Below, in pieces: positions 55,852-64,000 of a DNA stretch of 64,000 nt. The translations under genes were made by a program, and so were the position numbers. Every line of letters starts with the position of its first letter. Position 1 is the first letter of the stretch. The notes below the pieces were generated by a model. The model saw only the letters and a list, made by a program, of their open reading frames with translations, did not search any database and was not told where the DNA came from. The DNA comes from Myxococcales bacterium. GTDB lineage: Bacteria > Myxococcota_A > Polyangia > Nannocystales > Nannocystaceae. The stretch covers positions 378,730 to 442,729 of the forward strand of contig JACKDU010000002.1 of the NCBI GenBank assembly GCA_020633335.1. Direction: 5' to 3'.

Positions 55852-56349
55852 ATGGCCGCCGCCGATCGCCCCAGCCTCCTCGTCCGCCTGCCGGCGCTCG
55901 CGCTCTCCCTCGGGATCGCCGGCTTCCTGGTCTTTCAGGCAGGTGTCCCCGGCTGCGGCCCGGAGAGCGCGTCGCGCTCGCCCGCGCCGCCGGCGAGCGA
56001 GAACCCGGCCGCCGCCGAGGCGCCATCGAGCGAGGCCCCGGTCGCGGCCGCCCCGGCCGAGCCAACGCCGGAGCCCGCCGACAACCCCGCGCCCGCGCCC
56101 GCCGAGCCGGCGACCGACGCGGGCATCGTCGCTGGCGCCGGCGAGCCGACCCCGCCCGAGCCCGAGCCCGTCGCCAAGCCCCGCTACTTCCCGGCGAGCA
56201 AGGCGATGGCCCCGCTCATCGAGCCCCAGGCCCTCGCGCCCGAGCCGACCGACCACGGCAAGCGCCAGCAGCAGAACGCGCGCCCCCGGCAGGCCCAGCA
56301 GGCGCCGCAGCCGACCCAGCAGGCCCTCAACCCGGCGCCGGAGCGCTAG
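55852..56349 (+). CDS. Pro/Ala-rich secreted or membrane-anchored hypothetical protein
   Basis: N-terminal hydrophobic segment LPALALSLGIAGFLVFQAGVPGCG, high GC3, low-complexity PAE-rich body. Confidence 0.45.
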   Translation: MAAADRPSLLVRLPALALSLGIAGFLVFQAGVPGCGPESASRSPAPPASENPAAAEAPSSEAPVAAAPAEPTPEPADNPAPAPAEPATDAGIVAGAGEPTPPEPEPVAKPRYFPASKAMAPLIEPQALAPEPTDHGKRQQQNARPRQAQQAPQPTQQALNPAPER

Positions 56350-56354
56350 CGCCG

Positions 56355-57170
56355 ATGGATCTCCTGGCCTCGACCGCGCTCTCGCTCGGCCTCCTCGCGC
56401 TGATCTTCGGCCCGCTCGAGCGCGCCTTCCCGGCCCGCCGCGGGCAGCCGACGCTGCGCCCCGAGCTGGCGATCGATCTCGCCTTCTTCCTCGGCCAGTA
56501 CCTCGCCTTCGCCGGCCTCGCGCTCATCCTCCTCGGCGGCGCCGCCGGGCTCCTGGAGCCGCTGATCCCGGGGCCGCTGCGGGCCGCCAGCGAGGCGACG
56601 CCGCTCCTCCTCCGCGGCCTCCTCGCCCTCGCGATCGGCGACGTCCTGGTCTACTGGTTCCACCGCGCGTGCCACCAGGTGCCGCTCCTCTGGCGCTTCC
56701 ACGCGGTCCACCACTCGGCCGAGCACCTCGACTGGCTCGCCGCCCACCGCGAGCACCCGGTCGACGGGCTCCTCACCCAGCTCGTGATCAACGTCCCGGC
56801 GATCGCCCTCGGCCTCCCCTTCGAGGCGGTCGGCGGCCTCGTCGTCCTCCGCGGCCTCTGGGCGATCTTCATCCACTCGAACGTCCGCCTGCCGCTCGGT
56901 CCCCTGCGGGTGCTCCTCGGCGCCCCCGAGCTCCACCACTGGCACCACGCCCGGGTCGCCGAGACCCGCCACAACTTCGCCAACCTCGCGCCCTGGGTCG
57001 ACCTGGTCTTTGGGACCTATCACTGCCCCCGCGACCCCGAGCGCTACCCCCTCGGCCTCACCGATCCGTGGCCGCGCGGCTACCTCGCGCAGCTCCTCTG
57101 GCCGCTCGGGCTCCGCCTCGGCCGCGCCCGCGCGCCTAGCCCCGAGCGGGCCCCGGCTCCGCCCGGCTGA
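56355..57170 (+). CDS. Fatty acid hydroxylase / sterol desaturase superfamily membrane protein
   Basis: His boxes HRACH, HAVHH and HHWHH, plus TM helices. Confidence 0.85.
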   Translation: MDLLASTALSLGLLALIFGPLERAFPARRGQPTLRPELAIDLAFFLGQYLAFAGLALILLGGAAGLLEPLIPGPLRAASEATPLLLRGLLALAIGDVLVYWFHRACHQVPLLWRFHAVHHSAEHLDWLAAHREHPVDGLLTQLVINVPAIALGLPFEAVGGLVVLRGLWAIFIHSNVRLPLGPLRVLLGAPELHHWHHARVAETRHNFANLAPWVDLVFGTYHCPRDPERYPLGLTDPWPRGYLAQLLWPLGLRLGRARAPSPERAPAPPG

Positions 57171-57227
57171 GCGAGGGCCGCGCGTCGAAACAATCCAGGC
57201 GCGCGCGCCCTCTCAGGGAGAGGGCTC

Positions 57228-58553
57228 ATGACGTCCGCCGAACGCCCCCATGACGCAGCGCGCCCCGGTCGGCGCGCCGAGCTCGTCGCCCTCGCGGCGC
57301 TCCTCCTCGCCTGCGCCGGACGCGGAGGCGAGCGCGCGAGCGAGGGCGGAGCCGGAGCCCGCGGGGAAGCGGCCGCGGCCGCGGACGCGGCGAGCTCGGA
57401 GCCGCCCGCGCTCCTCGCCGAGCTCGAGGCGCGGGCCGAGGCGCACCCCGGCGACGCCAGCCTCCGCTATGTCCTCGCCCTCCTCGAGGAGCGCCGCGGC
57501 GAGCCCGAGCGGGCGCTCGCACGCCTCCGCGAGCTGGCCCCGCTCGGCTGGGACTACGCCCTCGACGACGACGACTTCCCGACCGCCCGCGCGCTCCCCG
57601 AGTACGCCGCGATCGCCCGCGAGCTCGCCGACCGCGAGCCCAGGGTGGCGGGCGGCGAGGTCGTCCGTGAGCTCGCGCCGACCGGCCTCTTCTCCGAGGG
57701 GATCGCCTGGGACCCCGCGGGCCGCGCCTTCTACTTCGGCGACGCGCCCGCGCGCCGGGTGCTCCGCGCGCCCTTCGACGGCGAGCCCTCGCCCCTCGGA
57801 GGACCTGCCCCCGGGGACATGTTCTCCCCGCTGGGGATGCACGTCGATCCGGCGACCCAGACCCTCTGGGTCGCGTCGGTCGCCTTCGGGGTGATGGAGG
57901 GCTACACCGAGGCCGACGCCGGCCGCGCCCGCCTGGTGGCGCTCGACCTCGCTAGCGGGCGCGCCCGCGCGAGCTTCGCGATCGGCGATCCCTCGGCGCC
58001 GAGCCTCCTCAACGACGTCGCCCCCCTCCCCGGCGGGCGCGCGGCCGTCACCGACTCGCAGCGCGGCGCGGTCTACCTCGGCGACCTCGCGGGGGGCGAG
58101 CTGCGGCCCCTCGCGCCGCCCGGCACCTTCGAGAGCCCGAACGGGATCGTCGCCGACGAGGGCGGCGCGACCCTCTACGTCGCCGACCTCTACGGCCTCA
58201 GCGCGGTCGACACGACGAGTGGGCGAGCGCGCCGCCTCCCGGCCCCGCCGGGCGCCTACGTCGGCGGGGTCGACGGCCTCTGCCTCGTCGACGGGCGCCT
58301 GGTCGGCGTCCAGAACCTCTTCGGCGCCCCGCGGATCTGGGCGCTGCCGCTCGGCCCCGAGGGGCTCGGCGCGCCGACGATCCTCTCGTCGGGCGATCCC
58401 CGGATCGAGGCGCCGACGACCGCGACGATCGCCGAAGGGGCGCTCTGGCTCCTCGCAAACCCGCAGATCCGGGGGAAGCCCGGCGACCCGCGGGCGCCGA
58501 TCCGCCTCCTGCGGATCCCGCTCGCGCCGTCGCCGAGCCGCGCGCTCCCTTGA
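57228..58553 (+). CDS. Lipoprotein with N-terminal TPR-like segment and SMP-30/gluconolactonase/LRE-like beta-propeller region (tentative)
   Basis: Lipobox LLLACAG; repeated xxG..YVAD/LxGxLYVAD-like blades. Confidence 0.65.
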   Translation: MTSAERPHDAARPGRRAELVALAALLLACAGRGGERASEGGAGARGEAAAAADAASSEPPALLAELEARAEAHPGDASLRYVLALLEERRGEPERALARLRELAPLGWDYALDDDDFPTARALPEYAAIARELADREPRVAGGEVVRELAPTGLFSEGIAWDPAGRAFYFGDAPARRVLRAPFDGEPSPLGGPAPGDMFSPLGMHVDPATQTLWVASVAFGVMEGYTEADAGRARLVALDLASGRARASFAIGDPSAPSLLNDVAPLPGGRAAVTDSQRGAVYLGDLAGGELRPLAPPGTFESPNGIVADEGGATLYVADLYGLSAVDTTSGRARRLPAPPGAYVGGVDGLCLVDGRLVGVQNLFGAPRIWALPLGPEGLGAPTILSSGDPRIEAPTTATIAEGALWLLANPQIRGKPGDPRAPIRLLRIPLAPSPSRALP

Positions 58554-58565
58554 TCCATCGCTGAC

Positions 58566-58638
58566 GAAGATGTCCCTTCAGACATCAAGAAGTGACACCG
58601 CGACGGCCTCGAACCTACATGTCCATTCGGACATGTCC
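58566..58638. repeat. REP-like palindromic elements: GAAGATGTCC-cttc-AGACATC and CTACATGTCC-attc-GGACATGTCC
   Basis: Two decamer-pair palindromes in the convergent intergenic region 58554-58657. Confidence 0.6.
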
Positions 58639-58657
58639 CTTCGCCGACGCGCTCGCC

Positions 58658-59563
58658 TCAGCCGACGAGATCGCGGAGCGCCGCCTCGAGGGTAGCGAAG
58701 CGGAAGCGGAAGCCGGCCGCCTGCGCCCGCCGCGGGAGCGCCCGCTGGCCGCCGAGGAGCGCGCTCGCGGCCTCGCCGAGGCCCATGCGGAGGGCGAAGG
58801 CCGGCACCCGCAGGAAGGCCGGCCGTCGGAGCACCGCGCCGAGGGTCGCCGCGAAGTCCCGGCTCCGCGCCGGCGCCGGGCCGACGCCGTTCACCGCCCC
58901 GCGGTAGCGCGCGTCGCCGAGGGCGGCGACGATCATCGCCACGAGGTCGTCGACGTGGATCCAGGGGATCCACTGCGCCCCCGATCCCATCGGCCCGCCG
59001 AGGCCGAGACGCGCCGGCCCGATCATCGCCTGGAGCGCGCCGCCCTCGCGGCCGAGGACGATCCCGATCCGCAGGAGGACGACCCGGACCCCGGCGTCCT
59101 CGGCGGCGGCGGCCGCCGCCTCCCAGCGCTTGCAGAGATCGGCGAGGAAGTCCCCGGCCGGAGCAGGCGCCGCGGCCTCGTCGATCTCCTCGTCGCCGCG
59201 ATCGCCGTAGTAGCCGACCGCCGACGCCGAGAGGAGCACCCGCGGCGGCGCCTTGGCGCCGGCGATCGCCGCGACCAGGGCCTCGGTCAGGTCCACCCGG
59301 GAGGCGATCAGCGCGCGCTTTCGCGCCTCCGACCAGCGGCCGATCACCGGCTCACCGGCGAGGTTGATCACCGCGTCGCAGCCGTCGATCGCCGCCTTCA
59401 TCGCCGCCGCGCCGCCGCCCGCCGCGACCCGCTCGACCGCCGGATCGAGGCGCGCCCGCGCCGGGTCACGGACCCAGGCGACGAGCTCGTGCCCCTCGTT
59501 CAGGAGCCGCCGGGCCAAATGACCGCCGATGAACCCCGTCGCGCCGGTGATGAAGATCCGCAC
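58658..59563 (-). CDS. TIGR01777/YfcH-like NAD-dependent epimerase family protein
   Basis: MRIFITGATGFIGGHL at the N-terminus; 301 aa with a C-terminal DUF1731-like region. Confidence 0.85.
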   Translation of the reverse strand: MRIFITGATGFIGGHLARRLLNEGHELVAWVRDPARARLDPAVERVAAGGGAAAMKAAIDGCDAVINLAGEPVIGRWSEARKRALIASRVDLTEALVAAIAGAKAPPRVLLSASAVGYYGDRGDEEIDEAAAPAPAGDFLADLCKRWEAAAAAAEDAGVRVVLLRIGIVLGREGGALQAMIGPARLGLGGPMGSGAQWIPWIHVDDLVAMIVAALGDARYRGAVNGVGPAPARSRDFAATLGAVLRRPAFLRVPAFALRMGLGEAASALLGGQRALPRRAQAAGFRFRFATLEAALRDLVG

Positions 59564-59575
59564 GATGGCCTCGCC

Positions 59576-59896
59576 CTACTCCTGAGGCACCCGCGCCCAG
59601 GCCGACCAGTGGATGATGTGGCGGACGCCGGGCATCGGCTCGAGGTGGGTCAGGATCTCCTCGAGGCGCCCCGGCTCCTCGTAGAACTCGACCACGAGCG
59701 GCATCTCCTCCTCGGTCAGCGAGGTCGTCGGCCGCACCGGCGTGTTCCCGCCGTAGCCCTGGATCCCCCGCAGCACGGTCACGCCGCGGACCTTCCCCCA
59801 GGCGTGGAGGCGCTTGAGGAGGGTGTCGACGCTGCTTGAGCCGCCGACCATGTAGACCCGGACGACGACGACTTCGACGCTGGCGCGCTCGAGCAT
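59576..59896 (-). CDS. DUF190 (PII-like/ACT-like) small protein
   Basis: Internal ATG of track ORF 59576-60031. VRVYMVGG...VTVLRGIQGYGG...VVEFYEEPGRLEEILTHL matches the DUF190 pattern. Confidence 0.7.
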   Translation of the reverse strand: MLERASVEVVVVRVYMVGGSSSVDTLLKRLHAWGKVRGVTVLRGIQGYGGNTPVRPTTSLTEEEMPLVVEFYEEPGRLEEILTHLEPMPGVRHIIHWSAWARVPQE

Positions 59897-59927
59897 GCCT
59901 GCCACTACCACGAGGCCGCGGCCCGGG

Positions 59928-60713
59928 TCACGCGCCGACGGCGACGGGCGCCCCGCCCAGGAGGGCGCCGCGGAGCTCGGGCTCGGCCCAGGGCTCGCGG
60001 TCGTGGCGGAAGGGCTGGCGACGCAGATCACCGGCGATCACCTCGCGGCGGGCCATCATCTGCCGGGTCAGCGCGCGCCAGCGCTGGAGGTCCTGGGGGT
60101 GGCCCTGATCGCCGGCGAGGCGGGCGAGCGCGCGCCCGCGCAGGAGATTCGAGAACTGATCGCCGATCCAGCCGCCGAACGACGCGCCGATCACGACCGT
60201 CAGGATCGCGACCACCACCATCAGGAGGCCGCCGAGGACGAAGAGGGTCTCGACCGCGAAGCGCGGCGGGATCACCAGGAGGAGCGAGCTCATCGACGCG
60301 AAGGCGAGGAGCCCGAAGCCGCCCATCACCCAGCGGAGGAGCTCGGAGGCGCCGAGGCCGAGGCGGCGCGCGCGGCTGAGCGCGCGCGACTGGGAGCGGC
60401 CGCTGAGCCGGACCCAGGCCGGCGCCCCGGGCTCGCGGGGGGCGACGCAGGTGAACTCGACGTCGGCGTCGAAGTCCCCGCGGCGGACGGCGATCCGCAG
60501 CCCCTCAAAGGCGCCCTCGAAGCCGCGGCCCCCGGTCGTCAGCGCGGCCTCGCCCGCGACCTCGACCGTGTAGCCCTCGCGCTCGGGGAAGTACGCGTTG
60601 GCGATCTGCTCGACCTGGCGGCGGAGGCCGAGGAGCTCGCGGGCGATCTCCTCGGGCGCCCGCCCGCGGAGCGGCAACGACCATCCGAAGCCTCGGCCCT
60701 CATTCAACTCCAT
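59928..60713 (-). CDS. Hypothetical membrane protein (two TM helices)
   Basis: Protein-like ORF with hydrophobic helices (FGLLAFASMSSLLLVI; LFVLGGLLMVVVAILTVVIGA); the opposite-strand ORF is an antisense shadow. Confidence 0.6.
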   Translation of the reverse strand: MELNEGRGFGWSLPLRGRAPEEIARELLGLRRQVEQIANAYFPEREGYTVEVAGEAALTTGGRGFEGAFEGLRIAVRRGDFDADVEFTCVAPREPGAPAWVRLSGRSQSRALSRARRLGLGASELLRWVMGGFGLLAFASMSSLLLVIPPRFAVETLFVLGGLLMVVVAILTVVIGASFGGWIGDQFSNLLRGRALARLAGDQGHPQDLQRWRALTRQMMARREVIAGDLRRQPFRHDREPWAEPELRGALLGGAPVAVGA

Positions 60714-60918
60714 CGCCGTACCAGGCTAGCCGCGTCCCCCCGAAGCGTCCAGCCATCACCTCCTGCGAGGCCGATGGGGGGCGAGGAGCCCCGCCCGGCG
60801 CCGCAGCGTGCGGGGCGCGCAGACGATCCGGGCGCATCGCCGACGACCCTGGGCGGCGCCGCCGCTACAATGGGGCGGCGGCCGAGCGCCGCGCATACCT
60901 CGATAGGACGGGTGATGG

Positions 60919-62517
60919 ATGATGGGCTGGGCAGGTAATTTCACGACTCTCCGCGCGTTGTCGGGGCTCGGGGCGCTGGCCCTCGGCCTCGCCTGCAACG
61001 GCGACGACATGGGCACCTCGGCGACCGACGCGAGCGCGACCAACGGCTCGACGAGCGCCGCGTCCGCGACCGCGTCCGCGTCCGCGACCGCGACCGCGAC
61101 GATGAGCGGCTCGGCGACAGACGGCTCGGGGAGCGCGACCGAGAGCTCAGGCACCGGCACCAGCGCCTCGTCGACCACCGACCCGACCGCGACCGCGACC
61201 GCGACGATGGGGAGCACCGGCACCCCCGAGACCGGCACCGGCACCGCCACCACCAGCGACACCACCGGGGTGATGGGCTGCGGGATCTGCAACCAGCCGA
61301 ACCAGGAGTGCATCGACGACGTCTGCGTGACCTCGTGCCAGGGCCAGGACCCCGACCCCTGCGGCCCCGATCAGGTCTGCGACGTGATCAGCGGCGAGTG
61401 CAAGGCGGCCGACGCCCCCTGCACCCTCGCCGGCGGCTCCGAGCCCTGCGGTGACGGGATCTGCGGCCCGGGCTCGGTCTGCGACGGCCTCGGCGAGTGC
61501 GTGCCGATCGCCCCCTGCGCCGCGGTCGAGTGCACCGACGACAAGGCCTGCTGGGGCGCGCTCTGCTCCTGCACCCGCGAGATCGAGTGCACCGAGCCGT
61601 CGGCCGATCTCCTCAACGGCCCCTTCTCGGTCGACATCGGCGGCCTCGACTTCGCCGACGACTGCAACGCCTGGATGGTCACGCTGCGCAGCGGCACCGA
61701 CTACCTCCGCAAGCTGACGCCCGAGGGCGTCGTCACCACCTGGGCCGGCGTCGCCAACCTCAACATGGGCGAGGTCCGGGTGCTCAAGCGCCTGACGGTC
61801 CCGCAGGCGCTCAAGCCCCCGACCGATCTCGCCGGCGAGGAGGTCACGCCGCCGACCCCGGTCGAGGGGATCGGCGAGGTCGCGATCACCTACACCTGCT
61901 GCCCGAGCTGCGGCTGCTTCGTCGACCCGCCCCAGGGGGTCGCCCGTCTCAACGAGATGGACATGCAGAACCCGCTGCCGATCATCATCGTCGCCAAGCC
62001 GACCCAGGGGACCGGCCCCTTCGGCTCGACCGCCGCCGACGCCGGCCCCCACGGCCTCACCTGGGGTCAGGACCGGGTCCTCTATGTCGGCAACAGCACC
62101 AACAACGGCGATCTCAACACCGCCGACCTCGACATGATGACCCAGGATCTCCTCCTCACCTTCGACTCGCGGGTGACCGCGGGCGCGCCGGTGAGCCCCG
62201 CCCACATCCTGGTCGCGCTGATCGGCGGCGAGGTCTACCGCTACAACACCAACACCGGCGACGCCGAGCTCGTCGTCGACCTCATGGCCGACGTCACCAG
62301 CCTCAGCCACGATTCCTTCACCGGCCTGGTCTACGCCGGCCTCTCGACCCTCGAGATCGTCGAGCTCCACCCCTTCACCGGCGAGGTCGCGACCTTCGAC
62401 ATGATGCCCGGCAAGGGCCGGGTCGCGGTGAGCCCGAGCGGCAAGCTCTGGTTCACGCCGGTGAAGTACATCTACAACGGCCCGCTCACCAGCTGGCCGC
62501 TGCCGGACGCGTTCTAG
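60919..62517 (+). CDS. Lipoprotein with Ser/Thr/Ala-rich linker, a Cys-rich EGF-like region and a beta-rich C-terminal domain, hypothetical
   Basis: Lipobox LGLACNG. Cys-rich segment CGICNQPNQECIDDVCVTSCQG...CGDGICGPGSVCDGLGEC. Confidence 0.75.
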   Translation: MMGWAGNFTTLRALSGLGALALGLACNGDDMGTSATDASATNGSTSAASATASASATATATMSGSATDGSGSATESSGTGTSASSTTDPTATATATMGSTGTPETGTGTATTSDTTGVMGCGICNQPNQECIDDVCVTSCQGQDPDPCGPDQVCDVISGECKAADAPCTLAGGSEPCGDGICGPGSVCDGLGECVPIAPCAAVECTDDKACWGALCSCTREIECTEPSADLLNGPFSVDIGGLDFADDCNAWMVTLRSGTDYLRKLTPEGVVTTWAGVANLNMGEVRVLKRLTVPQALKPPTDLAGEEVTPPTPVEGIGEVAITYTCCPSCGCFVDPPQGVARLNEMDMQNPLPIIIVAKPTQGTGPFGSTAADAGPHGLTWGQDRVLYVGNSTNNGDLNTADLDMMTQDLLLTFDSRVTAGAPVSPAHILVALIGGEVYRYNTNTGDAELVVDLMADVTSLSHDSFTGLVYAGLSTLEIVELHPFTGEVATFDMMPGKGRVAVSPSGKLWFTPVKYIYNGPLTSWPLPDAF

Positions 62518-62689
62518 CGCGCCGACTCGGACACCGCGATTGGTCCCCTGGCCGCCGGCGGGCGCGGCCAGGGAGACGTGTCGCGCGCCGCCCCCTGGCG
62601 CAGCGCGGCGCGTCCCCGCGCATCCCTTGCGATCGCGGACGGGCCGGCCGGCGGGGTAGTACGATGGCCGCCTCGACAGGGAGCCGCCG

Positions 62690-64000
62690 ATGATCCGCCG
62701 CAGCCTCGCCCGCAGCCTCGCCCTCGCCCTCGCCCTTCCGCTCTGCCTGGCCGGGCCGCGCCTCGCCGACGCCTTCTGCGGCTTCTACGTGAGCGGCGCC
62801 GACGCCAAGCTCTTCAACAACGCGACCCTGGTGGTGATGATGCGCGAGGGCACCCGGACCGTGCTCTCGATGCAGAACAACTACCAGGGGCCGCCGGAGG
62901 ACTTCGCGATGGTCGTCCCGGTGCCGGTCGTCCTCCAGGAGGAGAACGTCAAGACCCTCCCGCACGAGGTCTTCGAGCACGTCGATCAGCTCGCCGCCCC
63001 CCGCCTGGTCGAGTACTGGGAGCAGGATCCCTGCTACGTCGAGCCGCCCTGGGAGGAGGAGGGGGCGATGCGCGACGCCGCGATGCCGCCCTCGCCGGCG
63101 CCGAGCGGCGGCGCGGCCGACGATCTCGGCGTCAAGATCGAGGCCCAGTTCACCGTCGGCGAGTACCAGATCGTCGTCCTCAGCGCCCAGGACTCGACCG
63201 GCCTCGACACCTGGCTCCGCCGCGAGAAGTACACGATCCCCGCGGGCGCCGAGCCGCTCCTCCGGCCCTACGTCGAGGAGGGGATGAAGTTCTTCGTCGC
63301 CAAGGTCGACATCAAGAAGGTCAAGATCGACGCCCAGGGCAAGACCATGCTCTCGCCGCTGCGCTTCCACTACGACACCCCGGAGTTCCGCCTGCCGGTG
63401 CGCCTCGGCCTCATCAACTCGAGCGGCGCCCAGGATCTCCTGGTCCACATCCTCGCCCGCGGCAAGCGCTACGAGCTCGCCAACTACGACAACGTCACGA
63501 TCCCCACCAACCTCGACGTCGCCCCCGAGGCCCGCGAGCGCTTCGGCGAGCTCTACGCCGCGCTCTTCGACGCGACCCTCGGCAAGCACCCGAAGGCGGT
63601 GGTCACCGAGTACGCCTGGGACTCCGGCACCTGCGATCCCTGCCCGACGCCGCCGCTCACCAACGAGGAGCTGACCACCCTCGGCGCCGACGTCCTCGGC
63701 GGCCCGCCCCTCGATCCCTGGGGCGGCGGCGGCTTCGTCCTCACCCGCCTCCACGCCCGCTACGACAAGGGCTCGCTCGGCGAGGATCTGATCTTCCGCG
63801 AGGCCGGGGCGATCGTCGGCGGCCGCGAGTGGATCGGCGACAAGGGCCTCGAGAAGGGCGCCCTGCCGAGCGGCTACAACAACTTCCAGGCCCGCTATGC
63901 GATCCGCCACCCCTGGGAGGGGAAGATCGCGTGCAAGGACCCGATCCGCGGGCGCTGGGGCGGGCCCTGGCCGGGCGTCGAGAACAAGGGCACGACCGCC
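62690..64000 (+). CDS. DUF2330-like secreted protein (3' end truncated by window)
   Basis: Hand translation gives MIRRSLARSLALALALPLCLAGPRLADAFCGFYVSGADAKLFNNATLVVMMREG... with high GC3. The ORF runs in frame to the window edge, so it is absent from the complete-ORF track. Confidence 0.7.
   Translation, partial: MIRRSLARSLALALALPLCLAGPRLADAFCGFYVSGADAKLFNNATLVVMMREGTRTVLSMQNNYQGPPEDFAMVVPVPVVLQEENVKTLPHEVFEHVDQLAAPRLVEYWEQDPCYVEPPWEEEGAMRDAAMPPSPAPSGGAADDLGVKIEAQFTVGEYQIVVLSAQDSTGLDTWLRREKYTIPAGAEPLLRPYVEEGMKFFVAKVDIKKVKIDAQGKTMLSPLRFHYDTPEFRLPVRLGLINSSGAQDLLVHILARGKRYELANYDNVTIPTNLDVAPEARERFGELYAALFDATLGKHPKAVVTEYAWDSGTCDPCPTPPLTNEELTTLGADVLGGPPLDPWGGGGFVLTRLHARYDKGSLGEDLIFREAGAIVGGREWIGDKGLEKGALPSGYNNFQARYAIRHPWEGKIACKDPIRGRWGGPWPGVENKGTTA

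Noticed and set aside
58615-58638. GGACATGTCC decamer pairs matching the eukaryotic p53 response-element consensus (RRRCWWGYYY x2)
   Set aside because: This is a coincidence of palindrome shape in a bacterial genome. I interpret them as REP-like elements or operators, not p53 sites.
62486-63910. 474-aa minus-strand ORF 62486-63910
   Set aside because: It is antisense to the + strand DUF2330-like gene, which has a signal peptide, high GC3 and a protein-like sequence continuing to the window edge.

Overview
This 64 kb window is about 72% GC and densely coding, and it is most consistent with a Myxococcota chromosome. The supporting features are a MYXO-CTERM sorting tail, Myxococcus cysteine-rich repeats (CGDGxxxxxEECDDGN), many lipoproteins with Ser/Thr-rich linkers, a Hanks-type Ser/Thr kinase and PAS/hybrid histidine kinases. 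I call about 49 protein-coding genes. Many very long ORFs in the six-frame track are antisense shadow frames, recognisable by their D/R/E/G/P/H-rich low-complexity translations, and I rejected them. I found no rRNA, tRNA, CRISPR array, IS element or prophage.

The most notable locus is a 1686-aa single-chain protein (5162-10222, + strand) that fuses four modules:
- a CHAT caspase-like protease domain with an intact His/Cys dyad
- a STAND P-loop NTPase
- one transmembrane helix followed by a coiled coil
- about 14 WD40 blades

This is an apoptosome-like, membrane-spanning architecture. It is divergently transcribed from a giant protein of at least 1611 aa (1-4833, - strand; its 3' end runs off the window). 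That protein carries repeated concanavalin-A/LamG-like lectin modules and C-terminal tectonin-like repeats. The shared intergenic region contains four tandem CGCG(T/A)CCG octamers.

Other notable items are:
- an ATP-grasp gene and an AstE/AspA-family zinc hydrolase gene whose stop and start overlap (TAGTG), next to a LysM/M74 murein endopeptidase
- a lipoprotein with 5.5 tandem 24-aa Cys-rich repeats (72-bp DNA repeats)
- rsgA flanked by two inverted paralogous lipoprotein genes
- a single-HKD PLD-family nuclease with a histone-H1-like (KKKxA)n tail
- a protein with three ~105-aa internal repeats, each with CxxCG...NMG...H...HGD motifs, beside a Cys-motif protein
- a family of short REP-like palindromes (TGTCC-N4-GGACA, often as GGACATGTCC-like decamer pairs with a 4-nt spacer) at 3' ends and convergent gene junctions

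Start codons that I moved to internal Met or GTG positions are accurate only to within a few codons.
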